From assembly GCA_000175855.1 (NCBI GenBank), contig ACYB01000037.1, positions 30,001 to 62,000 of the forward strand: a DNA stretch of 32,000 nt, read 5' to 3'. The translations under genes and the position numbers were made by a program. Shown one piece after another: positions 20,347 through 30,788 of this stretch (its first letter is position 1; every line of letters begins with the position of its first letter). Under the pieces are notes generated by a model, which saw only the letters and a list, made by a program, of their open reading frames with translations, made no database searches and was not told the origin of the DNA. Origin of the DNA: Raphidiopsis brookii D9 (GTDB lineage Bacteria; Cyanobacteriota; Cyanobacteriia; Cyanobacteriales; Nostocaceae).

Positions 20347-21240
20347 TTTATCTACGCTATCAACTGTTAAGACTGTATAACTACCAAATATTTTTAATAT
20401 TTCAACATTAATACTTATATTTTTTAGAGCACTAGTCATTAATGATGAGAGAACACTGGCCTCTATATCCAGAAAAAACAGGTATTCCCCCAAAGAGCGT
20501 TTGGTAGGACGAGACTCAATTCGGCTCAAATTAATTCCTAAATCCGCAAATACTTGTAATACTCTAACTAATGCACCGGGAATATTGGCCGGGACACTAA
20601 ATGCTAAGGATGTGTGGGTTGATGAACTTGAGAAACTTTCTCCCCCACTCTCTGGTGCTACCACCCAAAATCTCGTACAGTTGTCAGGATAGTCATTAAT
20701 TCTGTTACTCAATATGGGTAAATCATACATTTGAGCTGCTTTCTCCGAGGAAATAGCTGCTGTTGTTGGTGATTTACCCAGCTGTTCCAAAGCTTGGGTG
20801 GTGGAATTAGTCGCACTTAAATTTGCTTGGGGGAGAAATTTCCCTAACCACCCTTGGCATTGTGCTAATGCTTGAGGATGGGAATAAACTATTTCAATAT
20901 CTTCCAATTTGGTAGCACAGGAAATTAAACAATGGTTAATTGGCAACACTAAAGCTTGTTTAATCTGTAAATTTTCCAATTGCCATAAATTATCCATAGT
21001 CATGCTCACACTTCCCTCAATGGAATTTTCCACGGGAACCACTGCCAAATTGATTTCTTGAACTGTTACTGCTTGTATTGCTTTAGCAATAGTTGGATAT
21101 GGCCGTAGGATGACTTCTCCCTGAAATTCTTGATTTCCTTTAATCCAGTTTAAATAAAAACAAGCTGCTTGTTCTGAATAAGTGCCCGGTGGTCCTAAAT
21201 ACCCAATGTTTATTTCTTCACTTGATGTGATGATATCCAC
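20326..21240 (-). CDS. pheA: prephenate dehydratase
   Basis: [36 protein letters not shown] domain with [10 protein letters not shown]. The 3' end overlaps coaBC by 21 bp. Confidence 0.93.
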   Translation of the reverse strand: MDIITSSEEINIGYLGPPGTYSEQAACFYLNWIKGNQEFQGEVILRPYPTIAKAIQAVTVQEINLAVVPVENSIEGSVSMTMDNLWQLENLQIKQALVLPINHCLISCATKLEDIEIVYSHPQALAQCQGWLGKFLPQANLSATNSTTQALEQLGKSPTTAAISSEKAAQMYDLPILSNRINDYPDNCTRFWVVAPESGGESFSSSSTHTSLAFSVPANIPGALVRVLQVFADLGINLSRIESRPTKRSLGEYLFFLDIEASVLSSLMTSALKNISINVEILKIFGSYTVLTVDSVDKSGTKIK

Positions 21241-21301
21241 CCTATCCTCCCTTACCCAAAAATATTACAATTGTGAATATTTGTAAATATCGCCTTAATC
21301 T

Positions 21302-21892
21302 ATGGCTACTAAGTTCACTGCTTCCCAATCGGTTACAATTGCTGTTCCTAAACAGTCCGTCCCCATTCAGCACTACTTACGTCAGCCCCATCGCTTAGTC
21401 AATGCCATGGTTGATAACAGTAGAGTTCAGCATATTTCTGAAGAAGTATTTCGTCTTAAGATGCGTCCTTTAACTTTTATGTCATTAAGTATCCAACCTA
21501 TAGTAGATATGAGAGTTTGGGCAGATACCCACGGAACTATCTATTTACGTTCAGAAGGATGTGAAATCCGGGGTTTTGAATATGTTAACCAAAGGTTTGC
21601 TCTGAATTTAAAGGGGTATCTCTCCCCTCACCATGATGCTGATCATACCCGATTAGAAGGTAAAGCGGATCTAGAAGTTTTGGTGGATATTCCTTACCCC
21701 TTTTCCCTCACTCCCAAGGCAATTTTGGAAACCTCTGGTAATGGTCTGCTCAAGAGTGTTTTACTCACAATTAAACAACGAATATCCCACCATCTTCTTG
21801 CTGATTACCGTCACTGGGTAAGTTCACAAATGGAAATCAATCAAATAGTTAATATTGACACCGATATGTCTATCCTGAAAGTTGACTGTTAA
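21302..21892 (+). CDS. DUF1997-like conserved protein
   Basis: Overall pattern (YLRQPHRLVNAMVD, VDMRVWADTHGTIYLRSEGCEIRG, LLADYRHWVSSQ) resembles cyanobacterial/plastid DUF1997 proteins. Confidence 0.6.
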   Translation: MATKFTASQSVTIAVPKQSVPIQHYLRQPHRLVNAMVDNSRVQHISEEVFRLKMRPLTFMSLSIQPIVDMRVWADTHGTIYLRSEGCEIRGFEYVNQRFALNLKGYLSPHHDADHTRLEGKADLEVLVDIPYPFSLTPKAILETSGNGLLKSVLLTIKQRISHHLLADYRHWVSSQMEINQIVNIDTDMSILKVDC

Positions 21893-21900
21893 AGTTGCAG

Positions 21901-22404
21901 CTATTGTTCCATCTGCTTTACCAGATGAGCAACTTCAGGTAATATCAGCGCCTCCATCCCTAAACGCACTGCATTAGTAGATCCGGGTAGGGAAAAAATT
22001 AGTTTGTTTTTGTATGTACCAGCTACAGCACGAGAGGCGATCGCCCGGGAACCAATTTCTTGATAACTTAACCAGCGAAATAATTCACCAAACCCCGGTA
22101 AGGTCTTTTCTAACAAACTGGCGATCGCATCGTAGGTGGTATCCCTAGGAGCAACACCTGTACCGCCATTGCAAATCACAACATTAATCTCCATTTTATT
22201 ACTGAGGTAATTGAGATGGGATTGAATTATTGCAGGATCATCGGGGATGATCACATAATCAGCAACAACATGGTTAGCAGTCAATAATAATTGTTGAATT
22301 AGTTGACCACTATGATCTGTTTGAATGTTACGGGTATCACTAACAGTAATCACTGCGCAGTTGGCAGTAATTGCTGTCATGTCATGGTCCGGTTGTATTT
22401 CCAT
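21901..22404 (-). CDS. moaB: molybdenum cofactor biosynthesis protein (MoaB/Mog family)
   Basis: AVITVSDTRNIQTDHSGQLI, NVVICNGGTGVAPRDTTYDAI, LPGSTNAVRLGMEALILPE. Confidence 0.9.
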   Translation of the reverse strand: MEIQPDHDMTAITANCAVITVSDTRNIQTDHSGQLIQQLLLTANHVVADYVIIPDDPAIIQSHLNYLSNKMEINVVICNGGTGVAPRDTTYDAIASLLEKTLPGFGELFRWLSYQEIGSRAIASRAVAGTYKNKLIFSLPGSTNAVRLGMEALILPEVAHLVKQMEQ

Positions 22405-22423
22405 GATTCCAGGTATGAAGTAG

Positions 22424-22762
22424 CTACTCAGATTTACTCAAACCCAAACCATTTTCTTCAGCGTAGCGATTCATAAAGCGCATAAAGCGATCCCATTCTT
22501 GAGAGGTTTTGATTAAATACACTGCTTCCACAGCTTCTGGTTTACCATTAACAAATTTTCCTCTTACCTCGCGGGTAACAATTTCGCCCTCCTCGTCAAT
22601 CATATACATTCCAGTGATTCCGTCAGTATTGCCTTCTTTGACAATATCGGGGTTGACAAAGGTAAAAGTTGCTGTACCTTGGTCACCACTGCGGGATCTA
22701 GTCAACCTCACATCTGGAACTACTTTCTCATCAGTACCTTTAGAAAACTGGATGCTTGCCAT
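22424..22762 (-). CDS. psb28: photosystem II reaction center assembly protein Psb28
   Basis: [66 protein letters not shown]. Confidence 0.95.
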   Translation of the reverse strand: MASIQFSKGTDEKVVPDVRLTRSRSGDQGTATFTFVNPDIVKEGNTDGITGMYMIDEEGEIVTREVRGKFVNGKPEAVEAVYLIKTSQEWDRFMRFMNRYAEENGLGLSKSE

Positions 22763-22824
22763 AATCAATGATTTTAAGTTAAGTTTTGTGACCTATTTTA
22801 ATATTTTCCCATCATGGGGACATT

Positions 22825-23907
22825 TTATCCACAACCCCCCTTAAACCCTTTGCCCTTATTGACGGAAGGAAGGCAAAGACAGTGTTCTATTTGTTGTAGT
22901 AACTCCCGCTCATCCAAGTTTTGACCTATTAAAACCAACTGATTTTTCTTTTCCCCATGCCATTGATCATCATCAATGGTGAAGCGCTTACCACAGAGGT
23001 GAAAAATATGACGGTTGGGACTCTCGTCAAACCACATAATACCCTTAGCGCGAAACACATTGGTTGGTAATTGATTATCCAAGAAATATTGAAATTTCCG
23101 AATGGCAAAAGGTTTATCACTCTGGAAAGAAATGGAAACAAACCCATCATTTTCTAGGTGGTGAGAATGGTAGTGATGGTCATGATGGTCATGGTCACAA
23201 CTAGAATGGTCATGATGCTCATGTTTATCAGTTGACGCATCAAAATATTTATCAGACTCGAATAACCCAACACTGAGAATTAGGGCCAGGGGAACCTGGG
23301 AATTTTTAGTTCTAATAATTCTGGCACCTTCTTTAACGTCATGAATCTTTTTTTCTAAGATTGTTAGAGTTGCTTCATCAACCAAATCTACTTTATTGAG
23401 CAAAATTACATCGCCATAGACGATTTGACTGTGGGCAGCTTGAGAATTAAATAGATCCAAGCTATAGTTTGCAGCGTCAACTACAGTTATAATAGAGTCT
23501 AGTCTAGTTAGGTCTCTTAGTTCCGAGCCGAAAAAAGTCATAGCCACAGGCAAAGGATCTGCTAAACCGGTAGTTTCTACCACCAAATAATCTATTTTTT
23601 CTTCTCGTTCCAAGACCTGGTAAACAGCATCAACTAGGTCATTGTTAATAGTGCAACAAATACAGCCATTGCTCAATTCTACCATGTTATCGTCAGTACT
23701 AACGATCAACTCATTATCAATGCCAATCTCACCAAATTCGTTCACGAGAACAGCAGTTTTTACACCTTGTTGATTAGTCAGAATATGATTAAGTAGGGTA
23801 GTCTTACCACTTCCCAGAAATCCGGTAATAATCGTCACTGGTAAACCCTGTTTAGAAACAGGCATTTTGGGAGATTCCATAGCAACTGCTGAAGTCATAA
23901 TCATCAA
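22825..23907 (-). CDS. G3E-family (CobW/COG0523) GTPase with His-rich metal-binding loop
   Basis: Walker A GFLGSGKTTLLN; CxCC motif NGCICCTINNDLV; VETTGLADPLPV; NKVD; His-rich HEHHDHSSCDHDHHDHHYHSHH. Confidence 0.92.
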   Translation of the reverse strand: MMIMTSAVAMESPKMPVSKQGLPVTIITGFLGSGKTTLLNHILTNQQGVKTAVLVNEFGEIGIDNELIVSTDDNMVELSNGCICCTINNDLVDAVYQVLEREEKIDYLVVETTGLADPLPVAMTFFGSELRDLTRLDSIITVVDAANYSLDLFNSQAAHSQIVYGDVILLNKVDLVDEATLTILEKKIHDVKEGARIIRTKNSQVPLALILSVGLFESDKYFDASTDKHEHHDHSSCDHDHHDHHYHSHHLENDGFVSISFQSDKPFAIRKFQYFLDNQLPTNVFRAKGIMWFDESPNRHIFHLCGKRFTIDDDQWHGEKKNQLVLIGQNLDERELLQQIEHCLCLPSVNKGKGFKGGCG

Positions 23908-24117
23908 TTTGAGAATGAGGGGTTAGGTAGATTCGTACTTATAGGCAATTATAGCTCAATTATAGCCAGTTATATGCAGCTTACCCACAAACTATTTTAG
24001 AAACTAAAAACAGTTGTGGCAAATTGACAGGAATCAATAATAATTGCCATTTACTCAACCAACTTAACCCCTAGTGGGCTATAATTGCCAATCGTAAGAT
24101 TGTCCCAATTCTCGATT

Positions 24118-25584
24118 ATGACCCTATCTATTTACAATACTCTCACCCGTTGTCAAGAGGAATTTCAACCCGTCGAGCCTGGTCAGGTTAGGATGTATTA
24201 TTGCGGTGTGACAGTATATGACTATTGTCACTTGGGTCATGCTAGAGCTTGTATAGTATGGGATGTAGTAAGGCGTTACTTAGAATTTATTGGTTATAGG
24301 GTACGTTATATCCAAAACTTTACAGATATTGACGACAAAATTCTCAACCGTGCTAGAAAAGAAAACTCCACCATGGAAACAGTAGCAGAGCGCTATATTC
24401 AAGCCTATTTTGAGGATATGGGGCGCTTAGGGGTAAGAGAAGCAGATGAATATCCCCGAGCGACACACACCATGAATGGCATCAAAAAGTTGATTCAAGA
24501 CTTAGAAGTAAGAGGTTATGCCTATGCTGCTGATGGAGACGTTTATTATGCTGTGAGAAATTTTAATGAGTATGGTAAACTTTCAGGAAGGAAATTAGCA
24601 GATTTACAAGCGGGTGCGAGTGAGAGAGTTAATATAGAAGATCCAGAATATCAAAAAAAGAAAGATCCCTTTGATTTTGCCCTATGGAAAGCGGCAAAAC
24701 CCTGTGAACCAGCATGGGAGTCGCCCTGGGGTAAAGGTCGACCAGGATGGCACATAGAATGTTCAGCAATGGTGAGAGATAGGTTAGGAGATACGATAGA
24801 TATTCATGCAGGTGGAGCGGATTTAATATTTCCCCATCATGAAAACGAAATTGCCCAATCAGAAGCAGTCACAGGGAAACCACTGGCAAATTATTGGTTA
24901 CATAATGGTATGGTAAAAGTAGATGGGGAGAAAATGTCTAAGTCCCTAGGGAATTTTACCACCATTAGGGATTTATTAGATCGGGGGGTTGACCCCATGG
25001 CATTAAGATTATTTGTCCTCATGGCCCAATATCGCAAACCTCTAGATTTTACCGAGGAGGCAATTTTAGCAGCAACTAATGGTTGGCATACCCTGAAAGA
25101 AGGTTTATTATTTGGTTATCATCATGGTGGAAAATTAGATTGGGATTTGCAATCAACCAACGAGATCACTGATATAGACCAAGTAGAGATTGAGAAGTTC
25201 ACCACAGCAGTGGATGATGATTTTAACTTTCCTGGTGGGTTAGTAGTTATTTTTGAAATAGCCAAAGAACTGAGGAAAGAAGGGAATATTATTGTTCATG
25301 AAGGAAAAACACAAACCCCGTCCGCAGAATTATTGACAAAATGGCAAACACTGGTGACTTTGACCAGGGTTTTAGGTTTAATAGCTAAACCAGAGGATCA
25401 GAAAACCATAGATGAAAGTTTAAGTGATAAAGTAATTGAGAATCTAGTACAGAAAAGACAGGAAGCGAGAAAAGCCAAAGACTTTGCTGAATCTGACCGC
25501 ATCAGGGAGGAACTAAAAGCAAAGGGTATCACCTTAATAGACAGCAAAGAGGGGACTCGTTGGCAAAGGGAACAGGCTTTTTAA
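24118..25584 (+). CDS. cysS: cysteinyl-tRNA synthetase
   Basis: MYYCGVTVYDYCHLGHAR, WGKGRPGWHIECSAM, HHENEIAQSEA, KMSKSLGNF. ATG at 24118 is preferred over tracked 24085. Confidence 0.96.
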   Translation: MTLSIYNTLTRCQEEFQPVEPGQVRMYYCGVTVYDYCHLGHARACIVWDVVRRYLEFIGYRVRYIQNFTDIDDKILNRARKENSTMETVAERYIQAYFEDMGRLGVREADEYPRATHTMNGIKKLIQDLEVRGYAYAADGDVYYAVRNFNEYGKLSGRKLADLQAGASERVNIEDPEYQKKKDPFDFALWKAAKPCEPAWESPWGKGRPGWHIECSAMVRDRLGDTIDIHAGGADLIFPHHENEIAQSEAVTGKPLANYWLHNGMVKVDGEKMSKSLGNFTTIRDLLDRGVDPMALRLFVLMAQYRKPLDFTEEAILAATNGWHTLKEGLLFGYHHGGKLDWDLQSTNEITDIDQVEIEKFTTAVDDDFNFPGGLVVIFEIAKELRKEGNIIVHEGKTQTPSAELLTKWQTLVTLTRVLGLIAKPEDQKTIDESLSDKVIENLVQKRQEARKAKDFAESDRIREELKAKGITLIDSKEGTRWQREQAF

Positions 25585-25615
25585 CGCATTAATCAACTAA
25601 ACCGATATTAGTAAC

Positions 25616-27052
25616 ATGTGGAAAGAATTAACACAAGCTATTGATCAGTTTGACACCACCGTTGATTGGATAGGAATTCGCGCTGTTAACGAAGTTGCTA
25701 GAGACTACTATGTGAGAGATAGTCTACCCAGAAGCAACGGTAAATCCTTAACAAGGGGAGCAATGATAGAAGTGATGGTTAATGGTAGCATTGGTTATGC
25801 AGCTACTAATTGCCTAACCTCATTATCACTCAAGTACGCGGCTCAAATAGCTTATCAACAGGCAATTGCAGCCAGTAAATTTCGGATATATCCAGTGGAA
25901 AAAAACACCCGTCCAGCAATGGTGGGTGAATATAATACATCACTGGATCAACCGTTAAATTTTCTGAGTCCATGGGAAATAAATGATTTACTAATCCGTA
26001 TTTGTCATGGACTAAAAATTAGTGATCAAATAGCCCAAACCAGTGCCCACATTAACACAAGTGAAAAAGAGACTTGGTTTATTAGTAGCAATGGCTCGGA
26101 AATTTATCAAAAAATCACTTCTGTAGGCAATCATTTTGGGGTAATAGCCCAAGATGGTGGGGTGGTGCAACAACGAAGTAATCATGGAATGCACGCCAAT
26201 TGTTATCAAGGTGGATGGGAAATATTAAAACAAGATAAATTATGGGACAAGGTTCAACAAGTTGCTGAACAATCCATAGAATTATTAAATGCTCCAGAAT
26301 GTCCGAACCTAGAGACAAATTTAGTCCTAGCACCAGATCAAATGATGCTCCAAATTCATGAAAGCGTAGGACATCCTTTAGAAATAGACCGGATTTTAGG
26401 TGACGAACGGAACTACGCTGGTGGTAGTTTTGTTAAACCAGAGGATTTTGGCAAATTGCAGTATGGTTCATCTTTAATGAATGTTACCTTTGATCCCACT
26501 GTTGAAGGAGAATGTGCCAGTTATCAATTTGATGATACCGGTGCAAAAGCCGCAAAACAATACCTAATTGAAAATGGTATTTTGCAAAGGGGTTTGGGTA
26601 GTTTAGAAAGTCAAGCTCGTTCTGGTTTACCAGGAGTAGCTTGCGCTCGCGCTTGTTCTTGGAATCGTCCACCAATTGATAGAATGGCTAACCTTAATTT
26701 AGAGCCAGGAGATACCAGTTTTACCCAAATGATTGAGGGTATAGAACATGGTGTTTACATGGAGTCTAATAGATCTTGGTCAATCGATGATCTTCGCCAT
26801 AAGTTCCAATTTGGGTGTGAATATGCCAAACTAATTGAAAATGGTCAACTGACAAAAACTTTAAGAAATCCCAATTACAGAGCAACAACACCACAATTTT
26901 GGCATAGTTTGGTACAGGTAGGTAATTTTGAGAATTGGCAAATGTATGGCACACCATTTTGTGGAAAAGGAGAGCCAAATCAGGCTATATGGGTAGGTCA
27001 TGGTTCACCCCCTTGTGTTTTTAAAAATATAGAAGTTTTTGGTGGAGGTTAA
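25616..27052 (+). CDS. tldD: TldD-family metalloprotease
   Basis: HExxxH motif in MMLQIHESVGHPLEIDRILGDERNYAG, plus a conserved glycine-rich C-terminal half. Confidence 0.85.
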   Translation: MWKELTQAIDQFDTTVDWIGIRAVNEVARDYYVRDSLPRSNGKSLTRGAMIEVMVNGSIGYAATNCLTSLSLKYAAQIAYQQAIAASKFRIYPVEKNTRPAMVGEYNTSLDQPLNFLSPWEINDLLIRICHGLKISDQIAQTSAHINTSEKETWFISSNGSEIYQKITSVGNHFGVIAQDGGVVQQRSNHGMHANCYQGGWEILKQDKLWDKVQQVAEQSIELLNAPECPNLETNLVLAPDQMMLQIHESVGHPLEIDRILGDERNYAGGSFVKPEDFGKLQYGSSLMNVTFDPTVEGECASYQFDDTGAKAAKQYLIENGILQRGLGSLESQARSGLPGVACARACSWNRPPIDRMANLNLEPGDTSFTQMIEGIEHGVYMESNRSWSIDDLRHKFQFGCEYAKLIENGQLTKTLRNPNYRATTPQFWHSLVQVGNFENWQMYGTPFCGKGEPNQAIWVGHGSPPCVFKNIEVFGGG

Positions 27053-27053
27053 A

Positions 27054-28397
27054 ATGGAAGTAGATAGTTCCAAATTAGAAAAAAACTTTCATAATCTTAG
27101 GGAAATACTGTTAAGCAAAAAATTAGATCAGGAGGATTTTACAATTAATCTTAGCAGCGAGAGGAGTCAGTTTACCCGGTTCAATCAGGGAAAAGTTAGA
27201 CAAACAGGAGTAGTATATGATGGTTCTGTGCATCTAACATTAATGGCTGATAATCGCAGTGGTTTTTGTCATTTTCCTTTCACTGGTAATTGGGAGATAG
27301 ATTGGGAAGTTGCATGTCAAAATTTAGCAGAACTTAGAGAAGAAATCTCCATGTTACCAGTAGATCCCTACATAGTTTTACCTGAAGGAGAGGGAAACAT
27401 TAGGGAAATACATAAGGGTGAATTATTAGCACCAGAAAAAGTGCCCGATAGCATTTTAACATCCCTAGAAAATTTAGATTTTACTGGTATGTATGCTGGG
27501 GGTATCATTATGCGGGGGTACGGAGATTCTAAAGGAAAAAGCCACTGGTTTGTTACCAATTCTTTTAATTTGGATTATTCTTTAATTATCGCACCTAAAA
27601 AAGCGGTTAAAGCCACCTTTGCTGGGAGAGAGTGGAAACAATCAGCATATATCAATAAAATCGCGGATGGCAAAAAACAATTGTCTTTATTATCCCGTGA
27701 ACCTAGGGAATTGCCCAGGGGTAAATATAGAACCTACTTTGCTCCTGGTGCAGTAGCTGAACTTTTGGATATGTTATCCTGGGGTGCTATCAGTGAATCT
27801 TCTATACAACAGGGTAACAGTGCTTTAGCACCATTGTCAAGAGGTGAAAAACAGCTTTCACCTAAATTTAATTTAAAGGAGAACTTTAGATCTGGTTTGA
27901 CCCCCAGATTTAACAGTTTGGGAGAAATATCACCACAGGAATTAACCTTAATCGAAAATGGGGGTTTAGTCAATAGCTTGGTCAATTCCCGCACCGCTAA
28001 GGAATATAATAAAGTCAGCAATGCTGCAAACAGTTCAGAAACATTACGCTCCCCCGAAATCAAGATGGGTAATTTGGATTTTGGACATATTCTCACAAGT
28101 TTAGGAACTGGGTTATATGTTTCCAACTTACATTATTTAAACTGGAGCAACCGTCAAACTGGTAGAATCACTGGAATGACCCGGTATGCTTGTTTTTGGG
28201 TAGAAGATGGAGAGATGATCTCCCCCATAGAAAACCTACGTTTTGATGAAAGTTTGTATGACTTCTGGGGAGAAAAATTAGTTGATTTGACCAACTTTCA
28301 AGATCTAATCCCCGAAGTAGGTACATACACTAAACGTCAACTGGGTGGTAGTTTAGTACCCGGAATGTTAGTTGAGGACTTTAGTTATAGTTTCTAA
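27054..28397 (+). CDS. TldE/PmbA-like partner protein (no HExxxH)
   Basis: Immediately follows tldD (1-nt gap; ATG at 27054). Motifs: ELLDMLSWGAISESSIQQGNSAL, SPEIKMGNLDFG, C-terminal LGGSLVPGMLVEDFSYSF. Confidence 0.78.
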   Translation: MEVDSSKLEKNFHNLREILLSKKLDQEDFTINLSSERSQFTRFNQGKVRQTGVVYDGSVHLTLMADNRSGFCHFPFTGNWEIDWEVACQNLAELREEISMLPVDPYIVLPEGEGNIREIHKGELLAPEKVPDSILTSLENLDFTGMYAGGIIMRGYGDSKGKSHWFVTNSFNLDYSLIIAPKKAVKATFAGREWKQSAYINKIADGKKQLSLLSREPRELPRGKYRTYFAPGAVAELLDMLSWGAISESSIQQGNSALAPLSRGEKQLSPKFNLKENFRSGLTPRFNSLGEISPQELTLIENGGLVNSLVNSRTAKEYNKVSNAANSSETLRSPEIKMGNLDFGHILTSLGTGLYVSNLHYLNWSNRQTGRITGMTRYACFWVEDGEMISPIENLRFDESLYDFWGEKLVDLTNFQDLIPEVGTYTKRQLGGSLVPGMLVEDFSYSF

Positions 28398-28424
28398 TGT
28401 TCTGACACCGTATGTTAGTACATT

Positions 28425-29210
28425 TTAATTAGTCTGAGTAATGATAAGTGGAGACAGGGGAAGATTGTATTTAGCTGCTAAATTGACATCGATTTCTAGG
28501 GTACTTATTTGCTGTCTCAACCAATTTGTAAATAAATCTCCTATAATTCTAACACGTATCTGTTCATTAAACTGGGGTTGAATAATCTCTTCTACCATGA
28601 TGATGCGCACCCCTTGGGGTGTGGTGATTGGTTTGAGAATTTGTGGAGGATTAGCAGCAAAAATAGCTGCAGCAATTTCTGGTCTAAAATCTTTGCGCTC
28701 ACGCATACCTTGATATCCTCCTGCTCTGCGGAGTTCTGGATTTTGAATATATTGACGAGCTATTTCATGAAAGCTAATTTCCCCTTCCTGCAGAGCATAA
28801 AATATTTCTAAAGCTAAATCTTCATCATCTAATATCACTTCATAAATAGCTGCTGCAATGTATTCCAGTTGATGAGCATAAAAAAATGATTCCACTTGGT
28901 CTGCAAATAAATGATTAGCTAATTTGGCAGATATTAGGTTGATGTAGGCAATTTCTTCAAAGTTATCTAGGGATAAATAGTGTTTCTTTAACCAGGCCCA
29001 GGTATCTTCTGCTTTCACTAGGTTGTTAGTTAATCTCAGACTGTCCGCTGCTTGCTGTAGTTCTGCTGTTGTTACCTGAATATCTTCTTTCATCGCTGTC
29101 TGTGTCACTATTTTCCTACTAGCGATCGCATCCAACATGTTGGGCATTTGACAAGATATTTTTAGGTGATAGAGAATATCTTGATCACCAACACTAAGTT
29201 TTTCTAACAT
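28425..29210 (-). CDS. SurA/PpiC-type peptidylprolyl isomerase-like protein associated with exporter
   Basis: FHEIARQYIQNPELRRAGGYQGMRERKDFRPEIAAAIFAANPPQILKPITTPQGVRIIMVEEI is a parvulin/PpiC-like domain. Start MLEKLSVGDQ at 29210 is preferred over the tracked 29306, which overlaps the upstream gene. Confidence 0.8.
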   Translation of the reverse strand: MLEKLSVGDQDILYHLKISCQMPNMLDAIASRKIVTQTAMKEDIQVTTAELQQAADSLRLTNNLVKAEDTWAWLKKHYLSLDNFEEIAYINLISAKLANHLFADQVESFFYAHQLEYIAAAIYEVILDDEDLALEIFYALQEGEISFHEIARQYIQNPELRRAGGYQGMRERKDFRPEIAAAIFAANPPQILKPITTPQGVRIIMVEEIIQPQFNEQIRVRIIGDLFTNWLRQQISTLEIDVNLAAKYNLPLSPLIITQTN

Positions 29211-29229
29211 AAGTTTTTCTCCTCTAATC

Positions 29230-30765
29230 TTACAAATCCAAACCATTTTTCTGTAATCTTTTAAATGGATCCAATATGAGGTCAATAACTTGACGTTGAC
29301 GGACAATAAGTTCTGCGGTAGCTGTTTGACCTGGTATTAAGGGAATGGGCTTATCACCAGATTTGATATAGGGTTTTTCTAAGGCAATTTCTAGTTGGTA
29401 TGTTTCCATGCGAGTGTTGCCATTTGGTGAAACTTTTGCATCAGGTGAAATCCATAAAACTCGCCCCTGAGTTACTCCATACTCCTGGAAAGGATAAGCA
29501 TCAAATTTAATTTTTACTGGCATTCCCACTTTAATAAAACCACTTTGTTGGCTTGGTATTTCCGCTTTCAAAATTAAATTGGCATTTTTGGGAGCAATTT
29601 GAGCTACCATTTGTCCTACTTGAACAACAGCACCTGGCTTTTTAATCGGTAGCTCGAAAATTATACCATCCACAGGCGATCGCAATGTTCGTTGTTGTAA
29701 TTGTAATTGTAGGGACTTGATTTGACTTTTAGTTTGCCTAATCTCCGATTTTATACTACTAATTTGTGTTTGTAAATCTTTGAGTTGCTCCTGACTTTTT
29801 AACACTGTTAATTTACCTGCTTGGATAATACTTTGGTAACTACTTTCCTGCTCTTCTAAACGGAGTTTAGCTTGTTGAATTTCCGACCTTAATTGATTCA
29901 TGAGTGAGTTATATCGGCTTAATTCTTCCCGTAGTTGTAAACTAGCTTTTTGCAGATTATAACTAGCTTCCTGTCGTAATCGTTGACTATCTTCTGCTGT
30001 TTTTTCTATCTCCACAAATCGGGTTTGAGGAATTATCCCCTCCTGTAAGAGTTGGTTATAGCGAGCAACTTCTAGGGAATCCCGACGTAAACGGTTTTCA
30101 GCCAATCCATAGGCAACTTGGGTAGACTGGATGTTATGTTTTACTTGTTCTACCTGTGTAAGTCTTTCCAATTTTTGCAACTGATATGCACTCTGTTTAG
30201 CATCGAGATTTTCCCTTGCTTGATTTAATTGGGCAAGTTTTTCTAGGGATTGGGATTGATTTTGTTGTTTTTGAATATTAATAGCCAGTAACACCTGATT
30301 ATATAACAATTCTATTTGGGTTTGACGATTGACTAAACCCTCTAATTTTGCCTGAGCTTCTTGTAATTGTGTGCGCACTAATTGAGAGTCAATTTCCATC
30401 AAAGGTTGTCCAGCTTGAACCCTAGCACCTTCTTTAACATTAACTGCAACCACACTACCCATAACCGAACTATCTAACTTATGAGTTGCACCTTTTGGTT
30501 CCATTCTACCACTAGCACTCCCCGTTTCGTCAATTTGAGAGAACATAATCCATGGTAAAGCAACTGCTGTAAAACTAACCAGTAAATACAGCATGGATCT
30601 GGTCCACACTTTTGGTAAAGCATCTAATAATTCTTCCGTGCCATAAAACCAGTCTTTAACTGAAGTTTCTACCTGTTTGGGATTTTCTTGACTAATAATT
30701 TCGGCAATTTGCGGTTGTTCTGATATCAAAATTGCTGAAGATGAATTATAGGTTGATTGTGGCAT
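29230..30765 (-). CDS. HlyD-family periplasmic adaptor / membrane fusion protein
   Basis: N-terminal TM; biotinyl-lipoyl halves LDSSVMGSVVAVNVKEGARVQAGQPLMEIDS and LRSPVDGIIFELPIKKPGAVVQVGQMVAQI; long coiled coil. Start MPQST near 30765. Confidence 0.92.
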   Translation of the reverse strand: MPQSTYNSSSAILISEQPQIAEIISQENPKQVETSVKDWFYGTEELLDALPKVWTRSMLYLLVSFTAVALPWIMFSQIDETGSASGRMEPKGATHKLDSSVMGSVVAVNVKEGARVQAGQPLMEIDSQLVRTQLQEAQAKLEGLVNRQTQIELLYNQVLLAINIQKQQNQSQSLEKLAQLNQARENLDAKQSAYQLQKLERLTQVEQVKHNIQSTQVAYGLAENRLRRDSLEVARYNQLLQEGIIPQTRFVEIEKTAEDSQRLRQEASYNLQKASLQLREELSRYNSLMNQLRSEIQQAKLRLEEQESSYQSIIQAGKLTVLKSQEQLKDLQTQISSIKSEIRQTKSQIKSLQLQLQQRTLRSPVDGIIFELPIKKPGAVVQVGQMVAQIAPKNANLILKAEIPSQQSGFIKVGMPVKIKFDAYPFQEYGVTQGRVLWISPDAKVSPNGNTRMETYQLEIALEKPYIKSGDKPIPLIPGQTATAELIVRQRQVIDLILDPFKRLQKNGLDL

Positions 30766-30788
30766 AAATTTCTCTTCCCTCAAGTTCA

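Noticed and set aside
25616-28397. Antisense ORFs inside tldD/tldE (for example 27734..28126, 130 aa)
   Set aside because: Shadow ORFs of conserved coding genes with no recognisable product.
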